Sequence record: MZ443783.1
Reading direction: 5' to 3' (one strand)
DNA: 64,000 nucleotides
This document shows positions 55,701-64,000 of the stretch, one piece after another. The translations under genes and the position numbers were made by a program. Numbering within the stretch: position 1 is the stretch's first letter; every line of letters starts with the position of its first letter. Below the pieces are notes generated by a model, which was given only the letters and a program-made list of their open reading frames with translations, ran no database searches and had not been told where the DNA came from.

Positions 55701-56750
55701 TCAACAGCGAACGGTGCGACCTATTGTCAGAGGTGTGTAGTCTCGCAGCGTAGCTACAGGCTTCTCATTGGGTAAAATGGCTGAGGCCACATCGAAGTCG
55801 ATACCAGCTCTTGCAGTCAGCACATAGATAGGTGCACCGTAAGCAAACGCTATTGGCATTGCGCCCCACGTGATCGAGTACGCAGGCGTATCGGCATGAG
55901 AGCCTTGACCGTAGTAGAAAAGACTTGAAGCAGCGACACTAGCCTGCGCACCCGCATAGTATGAAGTGCTATAAGTCCAGCCACCACCAGAGAAGTAGGT
56001 CGTGCCGTTGACGACAGACCTGAACGGCTGGAACAATCGTGGACCACGAGCGAAGCTATAGGCAGTGTGATCATACGGCTGATTGGCTGTTATGTACGGC
56101 ATACTTTGCGCAGACGAAACTAAAAGCGCAGTGTCTGCCTCTCTGTTCACGTTATTGAAACCGATGTGCTGCAAATACGAAGTGGTGCTACGCGACCAGT
56201 AGCCTATGCCGCTACCGCCTCCTCCGTATATGGTGCCAGACTCGGATAGCGATGGGTTTGCACTTGATGCAGGCGTTGAGTAGAGTGAAACACTGTATGA
56301 GGTACTGTCGAACGACGGCAGCACCATGTCAGAGTAAGCTGGGACGGTTGGCGTGCCATTACCGTAAGTGTCGAGCAAGCTACCAGAACCATTAAGTGCG
56401 CCACCGCCTGTGTCATCTTTGCCTATAGCGTAGTATCGACAAAAGGCGTTGAATGCAGTCATGTTGCGCTGCTGGTTGTTGTAGTTGAAATCAGACTCCT
56501 TACGAACACCAGGCACATAGTTATAGAACAACTTGTTGCCAGACCAACCAGCGCCACGCACACACTGCATGTTGTTGTCTACATCGACGGCCGCACAAAA
56601 AGAAAGTGACGTGTTTATCTTATCCCACATATCAATGAAGGATGATTTGTCAGTGGGTCGAGGAGTATCGTCAGAAAATAAAAACATACGCTTACGTGCA
56701 AATTCTATCTTCTTCTCCAGCAGTTGTGCTCCGTTCGAAACGAATAGCAT
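55701..56750 (-). CDS. virion fibre-like paralogue, MLF.. subfamily
   Basis: MLFVS..MFLFSD..GNKLFY; S/G/Y-rich. Confidence 0.6.
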   Translation of the reverse strand: MLFVSNGAQLLEKKIEFARKRMFLFSDDTPRPTDKSSFIDMWDKINTSLSFCAAVDVDNNMQCVRGAGWSGNKLFYNYVPGVRKESDFNYNNQQRNMTAFNAFCRYYAIGKDDTGGGALNGSGSLLDTYGNGTPTVPAYSDMVLPSFDSTSYSVSLYSTPASSANPSLSESGTIYGGGGSGIGYWSRSTTSYLQHIGFNNVNREADTALLVSSAQSMPYITANQPYDHTAYSFARGPRLFQPFRSVVNGTTYFSGGGWTYSTSYYAGAQASVAASSLFYYGQGSHADTPAYSITWGAMPIAFAYGAPIYVLTARAGIDFDVASAILPNEKPVATLRDYTPLTIGRTVRC

Positions 56751-56758
56751 AATCGCCT

Positions 56759-57709
56759 CTATAGCTTGATACTGTCTGTCTTATACAGAACGGGTAATTC
56801 AGGTAACGTAACAGAGAACGTATTCCCTACGTTTGTGTTACGCGAGGTGAAGTCTTCTGGACCGTACTTAACAACGCGGACGCGAGTTCCTTCGTTGATG
56901 AATACGGCGAATTTGTCTAACGTGATTGTACCTTCTGCAAGCGTACTCGAACCATATGCCTGGGAACAAGGGGTGTATCGTCCGCTGTCATAGACATTAC
57001 GACGAGCAGGAACCGTAGCACGCCAGTAACCGCCATCAGACACTTGAGCAGTGTATGTTCCCATAGAGAAAGCCATGGCGCCAGTCACGCTGGAATTCCA
57101 GTTGGAGTAGTTAGTGCCCGTGAATGTATACGTCCAACTATGCGGATATATGCGAATCTCTTGCATACCCGCGGCAGTGTATACTCGACGACGATGACTG
57201 TATGAGTCACCTGTCTGCCTGCCTGCTGTCGATACAGTTACTTGCGTGTCAGGGAACGATACCTGATTGGCGGTTGGACCTGCCTGCTGTCCTATCTTAG
57301 TAGGAATCAAACAGAAAGGCGTAGCCCACCACGTATCAGTATTTCCCGGAAAAGGCGTATTGCTTGAGAAGTTATCGTTCATTGCCATTTGACTGCTCTT
57401 GCGGCCAGACCCATCTTTCAGTCCGGTCACAAGTAACGTTCGGAAGATGCCGTCATCGGATGTAAAGTCCGGCGCCTCCGATATCATGGTCAATTTGGAG
57501 TAATAGACTCTTGCCTGAGTGCCATAAGCAGCGATGCCCATAACAGGATGGGCGCCAAAGCTGTTACCGTTCTGAGAAGCAATTGAGCATCGACTATTTC
57601 GTATCAGATCTCGTAGCTCACTCACTGAACTGAAATCTAGGGTCTGTCCGGAGTCGAAAAAGAATCCGTACTTGCGCACATCATCCTGTTTAGGAAGTAC
57701 GAGTTGCAT
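56759..57709 (-). CDS. virion fibre-like paralogue
   Basis: GFFFDS N-terminus; C-terminal VTLPEL. Confidence 0.55.
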   Translation of the reverse strand: MQLVLPKQDDVRKYGFFFDSGQTLDFSSVSELRDLIRNSRCSIASQNGNSFGAHPVMGIAAYGTQARVYYSKLTMISEAPDFTSDDGIFRTLLVTGLKDGSGRKSSQMAMNDNFSSNTPFPGNTDTWWATPFCLIPTKIGQQAGPTANQVSFPDTQVTVSTAGRQTGDSYSHRRRVYTAAGMQEIRIYPHSWTYTFTGTNYSNWNSSVTGAMAFSMGTYTAQVSDGGYWRATVPARRNVYDSGRYTPCSQAYGSSTLAEGTITLDKFAVFINEGTRVRVVKYGPEDFTSRNTNVGNTFSVTLPELPVLYKTDSIKL

Positions 57710-57718
57710 AACCTTTCC

Positions 57719-58771
57719 TTACATCTGGGTGAGAGATTTGTCGGGGAAGAATTGCGTGCTAGCCAAAGACAAAGTGGCTGTTGCAGCTACAGGTATTGCA
57801 GCACTTTGCGACATATCTTTGTCTTGACCGATAGCACAACGCACTAGGTATTTCAGGCCGTTGACTTGAAACGCCATCATACAGGCAGTCAGGATAGCAT
57901 CTGCCGTGTTCGCTTTGCCTGAGATAGGAACTCTCGGAGGGAACGCATCAGGACTTGTGCGAGTATAGCCTGATACACCGTTACCATTCTGCGGTGTACT
58001 GGTGCTACTGAACTGATTTAAGCCGTTGGCAGAATATGTCATGCCCACAGTACGCACAAATGCAATGTGGTCTATTGCTGCATACGAGTTATGTAGCGGC
58101 GCAGTCTGCATAGGCGTGGTTGTCTGGCTTATGTATGAATATCCGTAAGGACCTGATTCATTCCACGAGACAAGACTTAACGTGGCGGTGTTGAAGCCTG
58201 CATCGTACCCGCTATACGTTCCCCAGAAAGGGTCAGTGTTACGCGCATACTGGTTACCTACTTTAGAGCTGTAAGTTTGCAGATGCGTGTTAACGTTACG
58301 CATACCCTCAGGGAAGATGAGCATACAGTTAGACGGCCAGTAATATGATTCAGAACTATCAGCAGACCTACCAAAACGCCCATCGAACACAGGCATGCCC
58401 GCAGACCATTGATATCCAGGAGTGTCTGCATCGTACACAGTAAAGTAACGAGCAAGAATAGCATCGGGAGTTTGTGCAGCACTGTAGGCAGCATACCCTC
58501 CAGACACAGCACTATTGTTTACTAGGCGAGCACTTCGCGCAGGATAGAAGAAGTTATCTTTGATCCCACTCATAGGGCTTAACGTGACTTCGCTTCCTAC
58601 GCCAGACGCCGAGTTGCCCCAAGCGCGAGCGCCTTTAATCTTCGACAGATAACTGGACACGCTGACATGGGCATCAGAGATATCTGTCTGACTATCAAAG
58701 TAAAGCGCACGGTGTGCAGCCAACAGCGCAACCTTGTTGGCCTTTATTGGATGAGATGTTGCAAATAACAT
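57719..58771 (-). CDS. virion fibre-like paralogue, MLF.. subfamily
   Basis: MLFAT..LYFDS..SGIKDNFFY. Confidence 0.6.
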   Translation of the reverse strand: MLFATSHPIKANKVALLAAHRALYFDSQTDISDAHVSVSSYLSKIKGARAWGNSASGVGSEVTLSPMSGIKDNFFYPARSARLVNNSAVSGGYAAYSAAQTPDAILARYFTVYDADTPGYQWSAGMPVFDGRFGRSADSSESYYWPSNCMLIFPEGMRNVNTHLQTYSSKVGNQYARNTDPFWGTYSGYDAGFNTATLSLVSWNESGPYGYSYISQTTTPMQTAPLHNSYAAIDHIAFVRTVGMTYSANGLNQFSSTSTPQNGNGVSGYTRTSPDAFPPRVPISGKANTADAILTACMMAFQVNGLKYLVRCAIGQDKDMSQSAAIPVAATATLSLASTQFFPDKSLTQM

Positions 58772-58782
58772 AGGGCCTCTCC

Positions 58783-59877
58783 CTATAATAAATATGTGGC
58801 CGCAGCATTTGCGTAGGCAACAACGTCAGCAGAGAAATTCAAGGAGGCCATCTCTGCTATGTTGGTTCCTGTCTGTCTTGCATCCTCTGCTTCACCGTCC
58901 CCGATAGAAAGAACAATCAGCCCTTTGTCTAAAGGGTACTCATACGCAATCGCAGCAAACGACAATACGCACGGAGGACTGTCCTCAGAGGCGACCTTCA
59001 TAGGTACATACAGAGGTTCAGCTATACCACAGTTGGGAAAATCAGACAACGTAGGAGAGTACGAGAAGCGAACGGTACCTCCGCCTATAGGCCACATCTG
59101 AGTTTCTTCCTGAACAGCAATGAACATGATGCAAGGCGCATTGGTCATATACATAGACGGACTCACTACAGGCAGCGTGTTACCTTGACCGTATTGCTTG
59201 GTCGTGTCCGTAGTAGTCAGGTCAGTTTGCGTCTGCAACGTGTTAGTTTGCGTAAGATAAGCCGCGCTCGACCAATACAGGGTGTACTGATAGTTCCATC
59301 CTAGCCATGAGTTTGACTCATACTTGGAGATGTTTATCGTCTGCCCATTGAACGTCAAGTTGGCACGAATACCACCAGTGGCCGCAACGCGCATAGAAGC
59401 AAGGATAGACTCAGGAACAAAGTACATCCTGTTGGTTACTATGCCTGACGTAGGAGAATATGTCTTACCTGCACCAGCACCCAAGAAGTTAGTCTTCAGG
59501 TCACTCATGCTGCCTTTGGCCGTAGTGGGGGTCACAGTTACATAGCGATAGGCCTGTGTGTCAACAGTCTGACCATCATTCGTTGATGGATAGTAGTACC
59601 AATCCTTGCTATTACTATTCTGATTGAACCCAAGCATGTCTGATGTATGTGCAACGTAGTGCTTGTTGTTCTTAATACCCGACAGTGCGGTTGTCTTCCC
59701 ATTAGAGCCTGAGAATCCCCATGAGGTGCCGCGACAGTATGGAACACTCTTTAGCAGGCCAGTTCTGGATTGCTTTACGGTCGCTTTGTCCACTGACGAA
59801 TCAAAGAGAAACAGTGCAGACAGCGCGTCCTTGCGTATCTTATTAACCTTAACAGCTCCGACAGAATGAAACTGCAT
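58783..59877 (-). CDS. virion fibre-like paralogue, MLF.. subfamily
   Basis: LFLFDS..SGIKNNKHY; C-terminal LSIGDGE. Confidence 0.6.
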   Translation of the reverse strand: MQFHSVGAVKVNKIRKDALSALFLFDSSVDKATVKQSRTGLLKSVPYCRGTSWGFSGSNGKTTALSGIKNNKHYVAHTSDMLGFNQNSNSKDWYYYPSTNDGQTVDTQAYRYVTVTPTTAKGSMSDLKTNFLGAGAGKTYSPTSGIVTNRMYFVPESILASMRVAATGGIRANLTFNGQTINISKYESNSWLGWNYQYTLYWSSAAYLTQTNTLQTQTDLTTTDTTKQYGQGNTLPVVSPSMYMTNAPCIMFIAVQEETQMWPIGGGTVRFSYSPTLSDFPNCGIAEPLYVPMKVASEDSPPCVLSFAAIAYEYPLDKGLIVLSIGDGEAEDARQTGTNIAEMASLNFSADVVAYANAAATYLL

Positions 59878-59912
59878 ACACGCACCTTTATGTCAAAATT
59901 TTCTGTATAAGG

Positions 59913-59945
59913 TAAAAAGGGCCCGTACCATTACGATACAGGCCA
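59913..59945 (-). terminator. intrinsic terminator (- strand)
   Basis: Reverse complement GGCCTGTATC-GTAAT-GGTACGGGCC followed by CTTTTT. Confidence 0.65.
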
Positions 59946-59951
59946 TTTCTG

Positions 59952-60533
59952 TTACACCAGCAGACGACCTGCGATGGTAATAGCAACGCCGTTGAGCGTA
60001 GTGTCCGCAGTGTCTGGTGCAATGACACGCAACTGGTCACCAGATACAAGAATGATCTCTTGATCTTGGTACGCAACCAGAGGAGCAAACACGCCTGTCT
60101 TCGAACCCGCAGCGAACGACACGGTACCAAGCTGAATAACAGTCTGGGTAGCCGAATCATACGCACTGATTTTGAAAACAGATGCAGCAGTGGCAGCAAT
60201 GTCCGCAGCAGCCATAGAACCAGCAAAGTTTTTAACGATTGCAGTTGTGCGAACAGACAGGTAACGCGCAATCTCCTGACCACCAGCATAACGCTTTAGG
60301 ACAGACAGACCTACGTCATATGGATTTACAGACTGGAGCTGATTAACCCACTTATTACGAACCTGACTGAACACGTAAAGTCCAGGCTGGTTTGCACCAA
60401 CAACTGCGGTCAGGTTCCATACACGCCCGTTAGTAGGGCTAGAAGGAAAGGTAGGGCCGGAGGAGTTTGGATCGCCTGGTGCACGAACGATTTGAGCCTG
60501 CTCACCCGCGAGCTGTAGACCATAAGTTAACAT
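59952..60533 (-). CDS. probable virion protein
   Basis: GGAGAG RBS; beta-rich; inside the structural block. Confidence 0.6.
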   Translation of the reverse strand: MLTYGLQLAGEQAQIVRAPGDPNSSGPTFPSSPTNGRVWNLTAVVGANQPGLYVFSQVRNKWVNQLQSVNPYDVGLSVLKRYAGGQEIARYLSVRTTAIVKNFAGSMAAADIAATAASVFKISAYDSATQTVIQLGTVSFAAGSKTGVFAPLVAYQDQEIILVSGDQLRVIAPDTADTTLNGVAITIAGRLLV

Positions 60534-60544
60534 TGTTTCTCTCC

Positions 60545-60763
60545 TTAGGCGATTCGCACTTCACCCGTAACTGGGTACGGGAAAGTCACTTTGACTGTAT
60601 TGTTATCCACAATGATAACGTCGAGCGGCAGTACCTGATGGAGTTTACCGTCAGGTTGCATCGTACACGTAGTCACTGCGACCATACGACCGAAGTTGTG
60701 CGTAATCGTCCATTCAGCAGCAGGCGTTTCTTGTTTGAAAGAGCGCCCCATCGAATAGTTCAT
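60545..60763 (-). CDS. single-module WxxxHNLG-type protein
   Basis: GAGGA RBS before ATG 60763; WTITHNFG..DNNTVKVTFPYPVTG. Confidence 0.6.
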   Translation of the reverse strand: MNYSMGRSFKQETPAAEWTITHNFGRMVAVTTCTMQPDGKLHQVLPLDVIIVDNNTVKVTFPYPVTGEVRIA

Positions 60764-60770
60764 AAGTTCC

Positions 60771-61673
60771 TCACAATTCATATGTGTATTGTGGTGTAGG
60801 CACGTTGATTTGTACCGTACCGTTTCCATTCATCACAGGAACAGCTTGCACAATTTCTGACTCGGCAAGCAGGGCAATATGCAGCGTCTTCTTCTCGTCA
60901 ACGATTGCAGCCATTCCCCATGTAGGAACAGAGACACCCGGTGTTCCACCTGTTATAGCGTGATAAAGATTTGGCACACCCCAGTACAAGGAAAAGTAGT
61001 TCCCTCCAGAGTTGTTGTAATTCACAACCCTTGCGACCGCAGAATAAGACATTGCGGCAGCAGAGATCGCGTTACCGACAACAACTTGATATCCGTTACT
61101 GTTCCATGAAAAGCCATTACCGGCAATCGTAGGAACTGCATCCAGAGTAGGAGGGTACGTGTACAGCATCATACTTGTGCCGTACATCGTATTACCCTGT
61201 TGTGCGTTCAGCAGATCAGTTGACATGATAGGCAAGGTCTTATTTATACCATGCGCGGCCAAAGCCATAGGCCCGGACGACGGACTACCACTCAACATCA
61301 TACCCAAATCATCAATCAGATTGAGAGCGAACTGACGCTCCATATATCGGTAGCTTGGGGTGGTGGGTGCATTCACAGGTGCAAGTGATCCTGTGACAAC
61401 ACCTCGGTTGCTCGTCCATGTATGATAGATATACCGCGTGTGCAGCCACTGTTTCGTACCATCGGCGCTAATACCAGCCGCAGGGTTTAGAGATATCGTA
61501 CCGTTAACGGCGAAATCCTTTGCGCTCGTAACGGACTTCTCGGCACACAATTTCACGAAGTCTGTCCAAGTAAGAATGCTCAGGTCCGGTTTTGGCGTAG
61601 ACGCATCAAACAGGAACAGACCGCGCTCTATCATATGCTTTTTAACACTACGGTAGTTTTGTGCGAAAAGCAT
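60771..61673 (-). CDS. virion fibre-like paralogue, MLF.. subfamily
   Basis: MLFAQ..LFLFDAS..VPTWG. Confidence 0.6.
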   Translation of the reverse strand: MLFAQNYRSVKKHMIERGLFLFDASTPKPDLSILTWTDFVKLCAEKSVTSAKDFAVNGTISLNPAAGISADGTKQWLHTRYIYHTWTSNRGVVTGSLAPVNAPTTPSYRYMERQFALNLIDDLGMMLSGSPSSGPMALAAHGINKTLPIMSTDLLNAQQGNTMYGTSMMLYTYPPTLDAVPTIAGNGFSWNSNGYQVVVGNAISAAAMSYSAVARVVNYNNSGGNYFSLYWGVPNLYHAITGGTPGVSVPTWGMAAIVDEKKTLHIALLAESEIVQAVPVMNGNGTVQINVPTPQYTYEL

Positions 61674-61684
61674 ATGATTACCCC

Positions 61685-62281
61685 TTAGTACAGAACGACT
61701 GTACCAGTTTCAGGGTTTTCGAAAGTGATCGTAAGCTGACTGGTGCTGTCATGCACGATAGACTTCGGCTGGACTTCTTTAGCGCCCTGATAGATACGCA
61801 CCGCTGGGTTGTAGCCCAGGTTGTGAGTAACTACCCACACGGTCTCGTTGGTGAACGATGCAGTGAACGCTACGGTAGGAGCAGGCAGACCGCTCTCAAT
61901 ACCAGACAGCAGCACAGCCGTACCAGCGACAGGTTCAGGGAACATAACGATAGTCGTGTTTGCATCCTGAGTGTGAATGGAGGAAGGCATAACAACGTCA
62001 CCGTTTGAATCGTAGCACTGAACAATAGGCGTACCCGTGTTCATGTTGTGCGCGATCTCCCAGCGGCTTGAAGCAGACGCCTGAGAGTAACGGTACATCG
62101 TCATCTGTTGAGTTAACGGTACCCAGATAGGCAGGTCAGCGATCTCAACACAGAACATCAGTCGCTTGTCCATGAAGATTGCCATGCCAGGCTGAGGGTT
62201 GTCTGGCCAGTCTTGCACTTCTTCGAATTTGAAGTTCTTGATCGAGCCAAACTCTAAGTCTAAAGTCCCAACGACTTTCAT
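61685..62281 (-). CDS. virion protein with two WxxxHNLG modules
   Basis: WEIAHNMN..DANTTIVMFPEPVAG and WVVTHNLG..QLTITFENPETG. Confidence 0.65.
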   Translation of the reverse strand: MKVVGTLDLEFGSIKNFKFEEVQDWPDNPQPGMAIFMDKRLMFCVEIADLPIWVPLTQQMTMYRYSQASASSRWEIAHNMNTGTPIVQCYDSNGDVVMPSSIHTQDANTTIVMFPEPVAGTAVLLSGIESGLPAPTVAFTASFTNETVWVVTHNLGYNPAVRIYQGAKEVQPKSIVHDSTSQLTITFENPETGTVVLY

Positions 62282-62298
62282 AAATCATCTCCTGAAAG

Positions 62299-62326
62299 GT
62301 AAAAAGGGCAGGCAGATGCCCACCCC
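62299..62326 (-). terminator. intrinsic terminator (- strand)
   Basis: Reverse complement GGGTGGGC-ATCT-GCCTGCCC followed by TTTT. Confidence 0.65.
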
Positions 62327-62354
62327 TTTATTATGTTACGGCTGTCGTTGTCGC

Positions 62355-63980
62355 TTAGGCTTCTGGTTCAACGTAGGTGTTGGTGCCAGTTACGAATGCG
62401 ATTGCAACTTTCTTCGCGGTGGTCAGCTCTACACGCAGGCTGTTCGCGTCGATGAACACAACTTCGTCAGGGATGATCTGGTAGCCAGTATCATCAACAA
62501 CGGTGACGGTACCGAACTTGTGGCCAGCGTTGTGGGTGAAGGTGTGTGCAGTAGCAGCAACGTCACCGCTCGCAGTTTTGTCGTACTGGTAAACTTTAGC
62601 AGCAGAACCGCTAGAGCCAGCAGCGATTGCATCGGTAACGAACTTCTTGCTCACCGCAGAGTTGTCGGTGTAGTCAGCGCTGTCGCCAGTCAGAGTAATC
62701 TGAGCAACGTCACCACCAGTAGCGTCGATGAAGCCACCAGCAGTTTTAACAGCAGCAACATCAACGATGATTTTGCTGTTATCAACGTCCTGTTTCAGGC
62801 CGGTACCCAGTGCAGCAGCAGCGATCTGGCCATAGCCCACACCGCCGTCAGCGATTGCGATACCGTCAACAGAGCGAGACAGAGTAGCGCCGTCCAGCTT
62901 AACGCGAGTGCTGCCTGCGTTATCCTCCAGACCGCCGTTAGCGTCCAGTTTAGCAGTCACGGCATTGCTGGTGATCTGAATACCAGCGCCGACTTTAACG
63001 TTAACAACGTTACCAGCTTTTTCCAGACCGTCGCCAGCGTTGAACTCAGAAGCACCGCCGAAGGTAGTCCACTCAGTACCATCGAAACGACGATACTCTT
63101 TGATATCTTTAACCCAGGTAACCGCACCACCAGCTTCGCTGTCAGTTGGGTCGAACACGATAACGAACGCAGTGCCGTTATAGCGAACGATCATGTTGTC
63201 AACCAGACCAGTGATAGAACCGAAGTTCGGGTTGATGGTATCAGCAGACAGGATGATGTACTGCTTACCATTTTCCAGAACAGGGTCCAGAGTGCCGTCT
63301 GCCTGAATACCATCAGAGTCTTTCAGCCAGTCGATGCCCGCGATAGCGTTGTCAATATCGATCTTACGAGCAGCGTCGTTCGGGTTAGCAGGAGCGGCCA
63401 GGTTAGCAACGGTATTACCGTTAGCGTCGAGGTCGCCAGTCAGTTGACCGTTAGCCGCATTCAGCTTACCACCCAGCGCAGTTTCGTTTGCGTTAGCTTT
63501 ATTGCTGACCGCAGTGATCTGAGACTGGAGGTTAGAGCTTGCGCCAGACAGATAGCCCAGCTCAGAAGCAGTGATGGTAGAGCTTTGCAGTTCAGAGTCA
63601 GCACCAGCGATAACAACCGCGTTCTCTGTCAGGCCGCTGATTTTGTCTTGCTTGGTAGCAACAACGGTTTCAACGTGTTTCTTGGAAACAGCCGCGTTGT
63701 CAGCAGAAGCAGACTGGTCAGGACCAGACAGTTCTAGGTCAGCAGTCATTGCAACAGAACCGTCAGCCAGGATAGCGCCTTCTACAGAACCGCCACCAGC
63801 GCCCAGTTCCTGAATTGCAGTACCGTCGAAGTATTTGTACTTCTTATCGGTGCTGTTGTACCACATGCGGGCTTCTTGTGCCGCGACCAGATCACCAACT
63901 ACAGGGTCGGCTGCAAGAACTTCTGGGCGGAAGTTCTTAATAGAGGCGCCGAGCATTAAATCAAGATTACCAGTACGCAT
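62355..63980 (-). CDS. long tail/whisker fibre-like structural protein
   Basis: 541 aa, A/G/D-rich, fibre-type motifs (LAAPANPNDAARK, AGDGLEKAGN), C-terminal HNAG module; GGAGA RBS. Confidence 0.7.
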   Translation of the reverse strand: MRTGNLDLMLGASIKNFRPEVLAADPVVGDLVAAQEARMWYNSTDKKYKYFDGTAIQELGAGGGSVEGAILADGSVAMTADLELSGPDQSASADNAAVSKKHVETVVATKQDKISGLTENAVVIAGADSELQSSTITASELGYLSGASSNLQSQITAVSNKANANETALGGKLNAANGQLTGDLDANGNTVANLAAPANPNDAARKIDIDNAIAGIDWLKDSDGIQADGTLDPVLENGKQYIILSADTINPNFGSITGLVDNMIVRYNGTAFVIVFDPTDSEAGGAVTWVKDIKEYRRFDGTEWTTFGGASEFNAGDGLEKAGNVVNVKVGAGIQITSNAVTAKLDANGGLEDNAGSTRVKLDGATLSRSVDGIAIADGGVGYGQIAAAALGTGLKQDVDNSKIIVDVAAVKTAGGFIDATGGDVAQITLTGDSADYTDNSAVSKKFVTDAIAAGSSGSAAKVYQYDKTASGDVAATAHTFTHNAGHKFGTVTVVDDTGYQIIPDEVVFIDANSLRVELTTAKKVAIAFVTGTNTYVEPEA

Positions 63981-64000
63981 TGTAAATCTCCTGTTGCGTG

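Noticed and set aside
62199-63737. 512-aa + strand ORF
   Set aside because: It is the antisense shadow of the 541-aa - strand fibre gene, has S/V-rich composition typical of shadow frames, and has no RBS.
1-64000. tRNA genes, CRISPR arrays, rRNA, transposases or integrases
   Set aside because: No cloverleaf, repeat-spacer array or recombinase motifs were seen by eye, and intergenic gaps are mostly under 70 nt. tRNAscan-SE was not run.
1-64000. Alternative genetic code (stop-codon reassignment)
   Set aside because: Genes pack tightly under the standard code, and TAA, TGA and TAG all end genes at sensible junctions.

Overview
This window looks like 64 kb of a large (jumbo-type) contractile-tailed dsDNA phage genome, probably infecting enterobacteria. 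The resemblance to the 'hairy' Erwinia/Dickeya jumbo myophages is from memory and was not checked by search. The + strand (1-44.9 kb) carries a DnaB-like helicase, an intein-containing terminase large subunit, a probable portal, a 5'-3' exonuclease, nucleotide-metabolism genes (ThyA, dCMP deaminase, MazG-like), Dam, a macrodomain, a RelA/SpoT-type HD hydrolase and many small hypothetical genes. The - strand (45.0-64.0 kb) carries a lysis cassette and an array of about 17 paralogous virion fibre-like genes, some with lectin-like inserts. The main candidate system is a split DNA hypermodification pathway. One part is an operon with a CmoA-like carboxy-SAM synthase, a DUF1611 protein, a glutaminase-less asparagine-synthetase-like amide ligase and an unknown (12.3-15.6 kb). 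The other is a ParB-like gene plus an intein-interrupted C5-cytosine methyltransferase homologue (29.2-32.0 kb) whose cofactor-pocket residues are basic (PC-K, motif X G-R), as expected for a carboxymethyltransferase. Other notable signals: an unannotated 54-aa peptide ending in the E. coli-type NrdA redox tail (DGCESGACKI), a stand-alone tail-sheath C-terminal-like domain, a recurrent TAAT(T/C)T promoter-like motif with one copy in the loop of an RBS-sequestering hairpin, and a u-spanin-like lipoprotein. All protein calls come from motif recognition by eye; no database searches were run.
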